A stretch of 40,000 nucleotides of DNA from Porticoccaceae bacterium (lineage in GTDB: Bacteria; Pseudomonadota; Gammaproteobacteria; Pseudomonadales; Porticoccaceae): NCBI GenBank assembly GCA_036843405.1, contig DAITSJ010000007.1, forward strand, positions 45,693-85,692, in the 5' to 3' direction. The position numbers and the translations under genes were made by a program. A model generated the notes under the pieces. The model was not told where the DNA came from. It saw only the letters and a list, made by a program, of their open reading frames with translations, and did not search any database. The first letter of the stretch is position 1, and each line of letters starts with the position of its first letter. Shown piece after piece: positions 17,636 through 25,730 of the stretch.

Positions 17636-17833
17636 TTAGCGCTTACGCTTGACGATCCAGATTCCCGCCACCACTCCGGCTGTCGCCAGGGCCGCCAGGC
17701 CTCCGCCGCTGAACGGGACCACTGTACCCAGGGCGCTGCCCACGACCTGGCCGGCGGGAACACCCAGGGGTGCACTGGCCAGGGCATCGGCGGCCATCAG
17801 GGTGGCCGGGATAATAGCCATCAATCTAAACAT
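17636..17833 (-). CDS. 65-aa secreted mini-protein with a C-terminal exosortase-type (PEP-CTERM/GlyGly-CTERM-like) sorting signal
   Basis: ATG at 17831-17833 preceded by GAGG (gcGAGGtataccATG). Sequence: MFRLMAIIPATLMAADALA/SAPLGVPAGQVVGSALGT/VVPFSGGG-LAALATAGVVAGIWIV-KRKR-stop. Lies 30 nt upstream of the hydroxylase gene. The track ORF extends to 18013 without support. Confidence 0.6.
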   Translation of the reverse strand: MFRLMAIIPATLMAADALASAPLGVPAGQVVGSALGTVVPFSGGGLAALATAGVVAGIWIVKRKR

Positions 17834-18107
17834 GGTATACCTCGCTCTTGTTATCGGTAACGTCGCGGAGTGCGACGCCAGGCACAGGATAGAGCAGCAA
17901 ATTTCAGGCCAATCGAAAAAAGTTAGAGGAAAACAAAAGGTTGGGTGTTTTGGGGTGCGAATTTCCGAATCGGGTGTAAAGAAAGCTGGCAGTATCGAAT
18001 CCGAAACTCCCATAGCTCGGAGCAGGAAGCCGCCGGAGGATTTTCTCGCCAGATCGATGGTCCGGATGCGCGGAAGTCGTGTCCAGCGCAGGACAACGAA
18101 ACTGATC

Positions 18108-18183
18108 GGACACCGTTTCGCCGGACCAATTCCGACGCACCTTCAAATAGAGAGGGATATCGATTTGAGTGCCGGGTTGGTAG
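18108..18183. repeat. Degenerate copy of the structured intergenic repeat also present at 29158-29231
   Basis: cgtttcgccggaccaattccgacgcaccttCAAATAGAgAGGGATATCgATTTGAGTGCCgGGTTggta aligns by eye with attttcgccggtattttcggggcgcgcactCAAATAGAtAGGGATATCtATTTGAGTGCCaGGTTaata. Confidence 0.6.
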
Positions 18184-18243
18184 TACTTATCATCCTGTAA
18201 AATAAATTGGATTTTTACCCACACCCAATAAGGAAAGGAGATA

Positions 18244-18693
18244 ATGCCTATGCCAGGCATCCAACTGACCGACGACATGGTCGAAATGATCAGCCGCGCC
18301 ATCGATACCGACAATGTGATGGTTTTGGCGGTGGTGGATAAAAACAATCGGCCCTCCCTGACTTTCCGGGGAAGCACAGCCGTTTATGGTCCCGACCAGC
18401 TCAGCCTCTGGGTACGCAATGCCGGCGGCGACACCATCCGGGCCATCGAGCACAATCCCCACGTGGCCATGATGTATCGCTCGAAATCCGTGCCGTTTCT
18501 TGAGTTCCGGGGCAGGGCGCGGGTGGTTGCCGACCCTGAAGAGAAAAACCGCGTCTTTGACCTGGCCCATGAGAAAGAACAGCAGGGGGACCCCGAACGC
18601 AAGGGCACCGCTGTCATTATCGACCTGGACAGGGTCAACGGTGTGATCGGTTTCGATGACAACGGCCCGGTCTGGTGCAATATGGAGCGCTGA
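18244..18693 (+). CDS. Pyridoxamine 5'-phosphate oxidase family (FMN-binding split-barrel) protein
   Basis: 149 aa with a strong SD (AAGGAAAGGAGAtaATG). ...RPSLTFRGSTAVYGPDQLSLWVRN...HVAMMYRS...FLEFRGRARVV pattern. Confidence 0.75.
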   Translation: MPMPGIQLTDDMVEMISRAIDTDNVMVLAVVDKNNRPSLTFRGSTAVYGPDQLSLWVRNAGGDTIRAIEHNPHVAMMYRSKSVPFLEFRGRARVVADPEEKNRVFDLAHEKEQQGDPERKGTAVIIDLDRVNGVIGFDDNGPVWCNMER

Positions 18694-18778
18694 GGCGCAC
18701 AGGGATCTGCTGCTGACGATTTCCTCGAGTCCGCCCGGCCATTTGCCTGGGTGAATCGATTCCTCAGGGGCCTGCACA

Positions 18779-18819
18779 AACCTATGAAAAGCAATCAGGC
18801 CAGCAAATGCCTGATTGCT
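18779..18819 (-). terminator. Probable intrinsic terminator of the GMC oxidoreductase gene (possibly bidirectional)
   Basis: Perfect 11-bp stem AGCAATCAGGC / GCCTGATTGCT (18790-18800 / 18809-18819) with an 8-nt loop. On the minus strand it is followed by TTTTCATAGGTTT. Lies 27 nt past the stop. Confidence 0.45.
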
Positions 18820-18845
18820 ATAGTGTTGACGATTTTTGCGGATGT

Positions 18846-20486
18846 TCAGCCGGCCTTGCGCTGTTCCCCGGTGTTTCGGTCTTCCAGGATAAATTGGGCG
18901 GCCCGCCTGCCGGCGGCCATGGCCGGCGCATTGGTGTTGCCGGAGGGCAGTTCCGGGAAAATGGACGTGTCCACCACCCTTAGGCCGTCGACGCCGCGCA
19001 CACGGGTTTGGGGGTCCACCACCGACTCCTGATCGGAGCCCATGCGGCAGGTGCCGGAGACGTGGTAGGCGGTGGCGCCCAACGTCTTGTAGGCCTCGAG
19101 GATCTCGTCGTCGCTCTGTACATCGGGCCCCGGCTGGACCTCTTCGACGATGAAGTCCTTCAGGGCGGGTTGCCCCGCGATCCTGCGGATATAGCGCACC
19201 ATGGCCACGGACGCGGCCTGATCCTCGGGGTCGCTCAGGTAGTTGACCTCGATATGGGGCTGGTCGCCGGCGTCGGCGGAGGTGATATAGAGCTGCCCCT
19301 GCGACCGGGGATGCATGTGGTAGCCGCCGACGGTGAAGCCGGGCTCCTTGTCCAGTTCCGGCCCCTTGGGCCCATTGTGCAGTGACCACAGGCCGACGCC
19401 CAACTGGCAGTCGGGCCGGTCCAGGCCTTCCCGGCTCTTGATGTAGGCGAGCATTTCCTGGGAGCCGTGGGCCAGGGGGCCGCTGCGGGTGACCAGGTAC
19501 CGGAGCAGGTTCCACAGTAATCGCGGTCCCTGGAAAGCGCTGTTGAGGCTGCCCCGGGTAACCCGGTACTGGACCATGAAGTTGCAGTGTTCGCGCAGGT
19601 TCTGGCCCACCTGGGGCAGGTCCGCGACTACCTGTATGCCCGCTTCCTTCAACCGTTCGGCGGGGCCGATGCCGGAGAGCTGGAGCAGCTTGGGCGACTC
19701 GATGGCGCCGCCGCAGAGAATCACCTCCCGGTTGCTCGCGATAGTGTGGCCGGCGCCGCTTTTGTCCCGGACAGCCACGCCCACGGCCCTGGTGCCCTCG
19801 AAGAGAACCCGCTCCACGCGGGTGTCGCTGATCACGGTCAGGTTGGGGCGGGTCATTGCCGGGTGCAGGAAGGCCTTGGCCGCACTCTGCCGGGTACCCT
19901 CCCAGATGGTCCGCGGCTGGTAGCCGGCACCGCCATCGGCGGCGTTGTTGGTGTCGGGCACCCGGGGTGTGCCGGCCTGGTCGCAGGCATCGAGAAAGGC
20001 CTCGCACAGGGACTTGGGTCCGGGCCCGGAGATATCCGGCGGATGGCCGGAGATGCGCAGGGGACCGCCAACGCCGCGCTCTTCCGACTCGCCAAACTCG
20101 TGATGCTCGTTGGCCTTGAAGCAGGGCAGCAGGTCGGCCCAGCTCCAGCCGGCACAACCCAGCTCGCCGGCCCAGCGGTTGTAGTCGCCGGCAAAGCCGC
20201 GGGCGTAAACCAGGCCGTTAATGGAACTGGAACCGCCGATAACATGTCCCTTGAGCCAGGTCTCCTTCGCGCCGCCCGGGCGGTGCACGTCATAGGCCCA
20301 GACGTGGGGATTGCCCGGGGCGAGCAGCTTGCCGATCCCCCGGGGCATATCGATCAGCGGGCTCTTGTCCATGGGGCCGCTCTCGATCACCACGACGGTG
20401 TTGTCCGGGTCCGCCGACAGTTCGCTGGCAAGGACACAGCCGGCGGAACCGGCGCCCACGATAATGTAGTCCGCACTGTCGATCAT
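18846..20486 (-). CDS. GMC family oxidoreductase (choline dehydrogenase-like flavoprotein)
   Basis: 546 aa. N-terminal ADYIIVGAGSAGCVLASELS and the full-length GMC pattern (...GGSSSINGLVY..., C-terminal ...HVSGTCRMG...). SD GGAGA. Confidence 0.9.
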   Translation of the reverse strand: MIDSADYIIVGAGSAGCVLASELSADPDNTVVVIESGPMDKSPLIDMPRGIGKLLAPGNPHVWAYDVHRPGGAKETWLKGHVIGGSSSINGLVYARGFAGDYNRWAGELGCAGWSWADLLPCFKANEHHEFGESEERGVGGPLRISGHPPDISGPGPKSLCEAFLDACDQAGTPRVPDTNNAADGGAGYQPRTIWEGTRQSAAKAFLHPAMTRPNLTVISDTRVERVLFEGTRAVGVAVRDKSGAGHTIASNREVILCGGAIESPKLLQLSGIGPAERLKEAGIQVVADLPQVGQNLREHCNFMVQYRVTRGSLNSAFQGPRLLWNLLRYLVTRSGPLAHGSQEMLAYIKSREGLDRPDCQLGVGLWSLHNGPKGPELDKEPGFTVGGYHMHPRSQGQLYITSADAGDQPHIEVNYLSDPEDQAASVAMVRYIRRIAGQPALKDFIVEEVQPGPDVQSDDEILEAYKTLGATAYHVSGTCRMGSDQESVVDPQTRVRGVDGLRVVDTSIFPELPSGNTNAPAMAAGRRAAQFILEDRNTGEQRKAG

Positions 20487-20554
20487 GCTTTTATTCTCCC
20501 CGGGGTCAATTTTAAGCGCCGGATAGTATCACAGGCTTGCCGGCGTTAAGGGTT

Positions 20555-20977
20555 TCAGGAATTTTTCAGGAAGTGGTCGATGCCCGCCTGGGCACAGTCC
20601 ATGTCCTGTTGCGGCGTGCCGGAGCTCAGGCCAATCCCGCCCACCACGTCGCCGTCCACGGTCACCGGAAGGCCGCCGCCGACCACCATCAGGCGGCCGC
20701 CGATGGCGCTGTTGATGCCGAAGGCCAGGTTGCCGGGTACGCACACGGCGTTGTATTCGTGGGTGGCCTTGCGGGCCGCGGCGGCGGTAAATGCCTTGTC
20801 GATGGCAATGGTGACACTGGTGGTCTTGCCGCCGTCCATGCGCTCGAAAGCGATCAGGTTGCCGGATTCGTCGGTGATGGCGATGCACATGGGTACGCCG
20901 ATTTCCTCCGCCTTGGCGCGGGCACCGGCGATCAGCAACTGGGCGTCGGCCTGGGACAGTCGTTTGATGGTGAGCAT
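20555..20977 (-). CDS. glcG: GlcG/HbpS-like heme-binding protein (DUF336)
   Basis: Trimmed to the ATG at 20975-20977 after AGGAGA (MLTIKRLSQADAQLLIAGARAKAEEIGVPMCIAITDESGNLIAFERMDG...GGGLPV...GGIGLSSG). Confidence 0.85.
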   Translation of the reverse strand: MLTIKRLSQADAQLLIAGARAKAEEIGVPMCIAITDESGNLIAFERMDGGKTTSVTIAIDKAFTAAAARKATHEYNAVCVPGNLAFGINSAIGGRLMVVGGGLPVTVDGDVVGGIGLSSGTPQQDMDCAQAGIDHFLKNS

Positions 20978-21155
20978 GGTGGTTCTCCTGTTTGTTGAAT
21001 GGATTGAGCCGGGCAAAGTGTTGGCCTGTGACGGCGATCCAACCGGTGGTAGAGGGGAAAGTCAGACCCTTTGCCAGCCGTTCGCCCCGGCTTCGCGGCC
21101 AGGGGCCGCTCCCATACCGGTTAAAGCAGGGGTGGAAGCGGCTGCCGGCGAAAGC

Positions 21156-23333
21156 TTATTTTTCCGCGGCGCGTTTCTTGGCCTCCCGGCGCCAGGCGTG
21201 AAGCAACGGTTCGGTGTAACCGCTGGGCTGCTCCCTGCCCTTGAAAACCAGATCCCTGGCCGCCTGGAAGGCGGGCGATTTTTCGTAGTCGTCGGCCATC
21301 GGGTGGTAGTCGGGATCGCCGGCGTTCTGCTGATCCACGACTTTTGCCATGCGCTTGAGGGTTTCCTCCACCTGTTCGGCACTGCAGATGCCGTGGTGCA
21401 GCCAGTTGGCGATGTGCTGGCTGGAGATGCGCAGCGTCGCCCGGTCTTCCATCAGGGCCACGTCGTGGATGTCCGGCACCTTGGAACAGCCCACGCCGTG
21501 CTCGACCCAGCGCACCACATAGCCGAGGATGCCCTGGGCATTGTTGTCCAACTCCTCCTGAATGGCTTCCGGCGAGGGCTTGTCCCCGAGCAGGGGCAGG
21601 GTGATCAGGTCATCCAGGGTCGCCCGCTGCCTGCCCGCCAGTTTCGATTGCACCTCGGCCACGTCCACCTGGTGGTAGTGCATGGCGTGCAGCACGGCGG
21701 CGGTGGGCGAGGGCACCCAGGCACAGTTGGCGCCGGCTTCCGGGTGGTTGTGCTTGGTGGCCAGCATTTCCGCCATGGCGTCGGGCTTGGGCCACATGCC
21801 CTTGCCGATCTGGGCATGGCCCTGGAGGCCGGCGGCGAGGCCAATGTCCACGTTCCAGTCCTCGTAGGCGGCGATCCAGCGCTCCTGTTTCATGGCGTTT
21901 TTGCGCACCACCGGTCCCGCTTCCATGATGCTGTGTATCTCGTCGCCGGTGCGATCGAGAAAACCGGTATTGATAAAGATCACCCGTTCCCTGGCGGCGG
22001 CTATACAGGCCTTGAGGTTGAGGGTGGTGCGCCGCTCCTCGTCCATGATGCCGATTTTCAGGGTGTGGCGGGGCAGTTTGAGGATGTCCTCGATGCGGTC
22101 GAAAAGGGTGTTGGCGAAGGCCACTTCCTCTGGGCCGTGCATTTTGGGTTTGACGATATAAACGCTGCCCGCCCGGGAGTTTTTGGGATCGCCCTCCTTC
22201 TTGTTGAGGTCGTGCAGGGCGCACAGGCTGGTCACCAGGCCGTCGAGCATGCCCTCGGGAATCTCGTCGCCCCGGGCGTCGAGCACGGCGTCGGTGGTCA
22301 TCAGGTGGCCGACGTTGCGCACCAGCAACAGGCTGCGGCCGGGAATGAAAAATGTCTCGCCCTCGGCATTCTTGTAGCGGCGATCGGGCTTGGCGCTGCG
22401 GGTCATCGTCTCGCCGCCCTTGTCGAACGTTGCCTTGAGGTCGCCCTTCATAAGGCCCAGCCAGTTGGTGTAGACCGCCACCTTGTCGTCGGCGTCCACG
22501 GCGGCCACGGAGTCTTCGCAATCCTGGATGGTGGTCAGGGCCGCCTCCAGGAGCACGTCCTTGATGCCGGCGGCATCGTCGCGGCCGATGGGGGCCTCGG
22601 CGTCGATCTGGATTTCGATATGCAGGCCGTGGTGGGTCAGCAAAAGCGCGGAGGGAGACTCTTCGTCGGACTGGTAGCCGGCGAACTGAGCCGGGTCCGC
22701 CAGGCCGGCAGTGCCGTCATCGAAGACTGCCACCAGATTGCCGGATTCGATGCGAAAGCCGGTGGTGTCCGCCCAGCTGCGCTTGTCCGCCAGGGGAGCG
22801 GCGCGATTCAGGAATTCGCGGGCCCTGGCGATGACTTTTTCGCCCCGCACCGGATTATAGTCGCCGGCCTTGCCGGCGCCGTCGGTCTCGGGGATGGCGT
22901 CGGTGCCGTAGAGAGCGTCATAGAGGCTGCCCCAGCGGGCATTGACCGCGTTCAGCGCGAAGCGGTCGTTCATTACCGGCACCACCAGCTGGGGGCCGGC
23001 CAGGGTGGCGATTTCCGGGTCCACGTTGGCGGTGCTGACCCGGAAGTCGGCCACGTCGTCGGCCAGGTAGCCGATATCCTTGAGGAAGGTCTTGTAGGCA
23101 GCCGTGTCCACCAGCCCTGGGTTTTGCCGGTGCCACTGGTCCAGTTGTCGTTGCAACTCTTCCCGCTTTGCCAGCAGTTCCCGGTTGCGAGGCACCAGGT
23201 CGGCAAGGAGCCGGGCAAAGCCCTGCCATACCGATTCCGCGCCCAGCCCGGTTGCGGGAAGGATGGCTTTCTCGATCAGGTCAGCCAGCTGAGGGGCGAC
23301 TTTGAGCCCCGCGCGCTCGATGTGGGTGTCCAT
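21156..23333 (-). CDS. glcB: Malate synthase G
   Basis: 725 aa. Full-length resemblance to GlcB, with a size and N-terminus typical of G-type malate synthases. Confidence 0.92.
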   Translation of the reverse strand: MDTHIERAGLKVAPQLADLIEKAILPATGLGAESVWQGFARLLADLVPRNRELLAKREELQRQLDQWHRQNPGLVDTAAYKTFLKDIGYLADDVADFRVSTANVDPEIATLAGPQLVVPVMNDRFALNAVNARWGSLYDALYGTDAIPETDGAGKAGDYNPVRGEKVIARAREFLNRAAPLADKRSWADTTGFRIESGNLVAVFDDGTAGLADPAQFAGYQSDEESPSALLLTHHGLHIEIQIDAEAPIGRDDAAGIKDVLLEAALTTIQDCEDSVAAVDADDKVAVYTNWLGLMKGDLKATFDKGGETMTRSAKPDRRYKNAEGETFFIPGRSLLLVRNVGHLMTTDAVLDARGDEIPEGMLDGLVTSLCALHDLNKKEGDPKNSRAGSVYIVKPKMHGPEEVAFANTLFDRIEDILKLPRHTLKIGIMDEERRTTLNLKACIAAARERVIFINTGFLDRTGDEIHSIMEAGPVVRKNAMKQERWIAAYEDWNVDIGLAAGLQGHAQIGKGMWPKPDAMAEMLATKHNHPEAGANCAWVPSPTAAVLHAMHYHQVDVAEVQSKLAGRQRATLDDLITLPLLGDKPSPEAIQEELDNNAQGILGYVVRWVEHGVGCSKVPDIHDVALMEDRATLRISSQHIANWLHHGICSAEQVEETLKRMAKVVDQQNAGDPDYHPMADDYEKSPAFQAARDLVFKGREQPSGYTEPLLHAWRREAKKRAAEK

Positions 23334-23345
23334 GGGTTCTCCTTG

Positions 23346-24635
23346 TCAGGCAGTCTGGGAAAGTTCGGGGTGTTCGGTGTCGATTCGGTACCCGGGGTCC
23401 GCGAGGGCCCTGTCTATCAATTCAATCCAGTGGATCACCGGCAATGTGCTCTCTGTCTGCAGGTGGGTCTGGCAGCCAATGTTGGCGGTGGCAATGATAT
23501 CAGGGTCGCCGCTGGTGAGAGCCTTGAGCTTGTTGGACCGCAGTTGTCTCGACAGTGCCGGTTGCAGGATCGAGTAGGTGCCCGCGGAACCGCAGCAAAG
23601 GTGACTGTCGGGCACCGGCAGGGTGTCGTAGCCGGCGGCGCGAAGCAGCCTTTCCACGGCGCCGGTGATACCCAGGCCGTGTTGCAGTGTACAGGGGGAC
23701 TGAAATGCCACGCGTCCGCGACTTTCGGCGGTGATATTGGCCTGCCGGAGTTTGGCGGTCAGCGTTTTTTCCTCGCGTACCAGCAGCTCGGAAATATCGA
23801 CGGTAAGGTCGGCGATTTTCGCGGCCCTTTCCCGGTAGCGGGTATCCCCGGCCAGGAGCTTGCCGTACTCGACGATATGGCTCCCGCAGCCGGAAGCGGT
23901 GCTTACCACGGCCTCGGCACCGTCCTCGATGGCAGGCCACCAGGCGTCGATATTGCGGCGCATGTCCCGCTCCGCCGCCTCCTGGGCGCCCAGGTGAAAG
24001 CGCAGGGCGCCACAGCAGCCGTCGGCGGGCGTGGCCGCGACGCCGATACCCAGGGCATCCAGGACGCGCGCGGCGGCGGCATTGGTGGCCGGCGAAATGC
24101 CGGGCTGGACACAGCCTTCCGGCATGACCACCCGGCGCTGGCGCTGGTGGTAGGGGCGGTCCAGGTGGTCCTGGCGGGGAGGAATTCTGGTTTTGAGCCT
24201 GCCCGGCGTCAGCGGCCTGAACAACTGGCCGGTGCGCACCAGGGCCGTGAACAACCGGCGCCGGGGCAGCACGGCCGTGAGCAGGCGACGGATCAGGCGC
24301 TGTTGCGGCGGGCGGCCCACCTGCTCGTCAACCACTTCCCGGCCGATATCCAGCAGGCGGTGATAGACCACGCCGGACGGGCAGGTGGTTTCGCAGGCCC
24401 GGCAGGTCAGGCAGCGGTCCAGGTGCAACTGGGTTTTTTCCGTGGCCGTCTCGCCTTCCAGGACGCTCTTGATAAGGTAGATGCGGCCCCGGGGCCCGTC
24501 CAGTTCGTCGCCCAGCAATTGGTAAGTGGGGCAGGTGGCCGTGCAGAAGCCACAGTGCACGCAACTGCGCAAGATGGAGTCCGCTTCCCGGCCCTTGTCC
24601 GTATCGCGAATAAAATCGGCCAGATTTGTCTGCAT
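23346..24635 (-). CDS. glcF: Glycolate oxidase iron-sulfur subunit
   Basis: CVHCGFCTATCPTY and CLTCRACETTCPSGV ferredoxin-type clusters plus C-terminal CCG domains. Confidence 0.9.
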   Translation of the reverse strand: MQTNLADFIRDTDKGREADSILRSCVHCGFCTATCPTYQLLGDELDGPRGRIYLIKSVLEGETATEKTQLHLDRCLTCRACETTCPSGVVYHRLLDIGREVVDEQVGRPPQQRLIRRLLTAVLPRRRLFTALVRTGQLFRPLTPGRLKTRIPPRQDHLDRPYHQRQRRVVMPEGCVQPGISPATNAAAARVLDALGIGVAATPADGCCGALRFHLGAQEAAERDMRRNIDAWWPAIEDGAEAVVSTASGCGSHIVEYGKLLAGDTRYRERAAKIADLTVDISELLVREEKTLTAKLRQANITAESRGRVAFQSPCTLQHGLGITGAVERLLRAAGYDTLPVPDSHLCCGSAGTYSILQPALSRQLRSNKLKALTSGDPDIIATANIGCQTHLQTESTLPVIHWIELIDRALADPGYRIDTEHPELSQTA

Positions 24636-24662
24636 AAAATGGTGCCAGTGCTCGGGTCGCTG

Positions 24663-25730
24663 TCAGAGATCGCGGTACAACCGGCCCGGATTAAAAATCC
24701 CGTCCGGGTCGAATTGTGCTTTCAGGCGCTGATGGAGTGCCATCACCGGTTCCGGCAGGGGCTCGAAAATGTCGGCCCGCTCGCCGCCGCGAAAGAGGGT
24801 GGCATGGCCTCCCGCCTCGCGGGCCAAGAGGCGTACCTCTCTGGCCGGCATGTCGGTGCGCAGCCAGCGCTGGGTGCCGTGCCATTCGAGCAGAATGTCG
24901 GCGGCTTCAATGGGCAAGGCCCCGGTGTTGGCCGGTACCGAAATGCGCCACAGCGGGACATCGCCGTTTCCGAAAAATGCCAGTTGTTGTTCCCGTAAGT
25001 CCCGCCAGAAGCGTTCGCCCTCGCGGTCCTCCAGGATGGTGCCGCCCAGGGTGCGGGCTGCCGTGGCCACTGCCGCTTCGGCGCCGGAGAGCCTGACGGT
25101 GAGTTCGCCACCCTCCCAGGCGGTGGCGGAAACGGGCAGTGGTTGCCGGCGCCAGCGTGTCACCGCTGTCAGCGCCTCTTCCTGGGATAGTGAGAGACGC
25201 AGGCTGGTTTCGCGAATGGGGCGGGGCAGAACCTTGAAGGAGACTTCCAGGACCAGACCCAGTATGCCCATGCTGCCCGCCAGCAGCCGTGAGATATCGT
25301 AGCCGGCGACGTTTTTCATGACCTGGCCGCCAAACTCCATTATCCGGCCCCGGCCGTCCATCAACCGGGTGCCCAGCACAAAATCCCGCAACGGCCCGGC
25401 CTGGGCCCGGCGGGGGCCGGACAAGCCCGCCGCCAGGCAGCCCCCCACGGTGGCGTCCCCGAAACCTGGCGGTTCGAAGGCCAGCATCTGGCCCCGCTCC
25501 GCCAGGGCCGCTTCCAGTTCGGCCAGGGGCGTACCGCAGCGGGCGGTGACAACCAACTCCGTGGGCTCGTAGCCGACGATGCCCCGGTAGTCGCGTGTGT
25601 CGAATAGCTCCCCGGTGGCGGGTTCGCCGTAAAAGTCCTTGCTGCCGCCGCCGCGCAGGCGAAGGCCGGTGCGATTCGCCGAGGCGGCCTGGACAATTTC
25701 CCGCCAGCGCGTGAGTACGGCTTCCATCAA
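24663..25730 (-). CDS. glcE: Glycolate oxidase FAD-binding subunit
   Basis: 355 aa. LRLRGGGSKDFYG motif. The start overlaps the glcD stop (ATGA, 25727-25730). Confidence 0.88.
   Translation of the reverse strand: MMEAVLTRWREIVQAASANRTGLRLRGGGSKDFYGEPATGELFDTRDYRGIVGYEPTELVVTARCGTPLAELEAALAERGQMLAFEPPGFGDATVGGCLAAGLSGPRRAQAGPLRDFVLGTRLMDGRGRIMEFGGQVMKNVAGYDISRLLAGSMGILGLVLEVSFKVLPRPIRETSLRLSLSQEEALTAVTRWRRQPLPVSATAWEGGELTVRLSGAEAAVATAARTLGGTILEDREGERFWRDLREQQLAFFGNGDVPLWRISVPANTGALPIEAADILLEWHGTQRWLRTDMPAREVRLLAREAGGHATLFRGGERADIFEPLPEPVMALHQRLKAQFDPDGIFNPGRLYRDL

Noticed and set aside
18190-20157. 655-aa minus-strand ORF
   Set aside because: It is on the same strand as the GMC oxidoreductase but out of frame with it. 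The translation is Arg/Pro/Gly-rich, and it would also run antisense through the PNPOx-like gene.
20512-20549. Imperfect hairpin (TTAAGCGCCGG / CCGGCGTTAA) between glcG and the GMC oxidoreductase gene, considered as a terminator
   Set aside because: It has a bulged stem and a 17-nt loop with no U-tract in the minus-strand direction, so read-through into the GMC gene is more likely.
20580-24998. 1472-aa plus-strand ORF, the longest in the track, spanning four genes' worth of sequence
   Set aside because: It runs antisense to glcG, glcB, glcF and glcE, all of which have unmistakable family signatures on the minus strand. Its translation is low-complexity and Gly/Ala/Val/His/Arg/Pro-rich with no recognisable domain. 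It is a typical stop-codon-poor antisense frame of GC-rich DNA.
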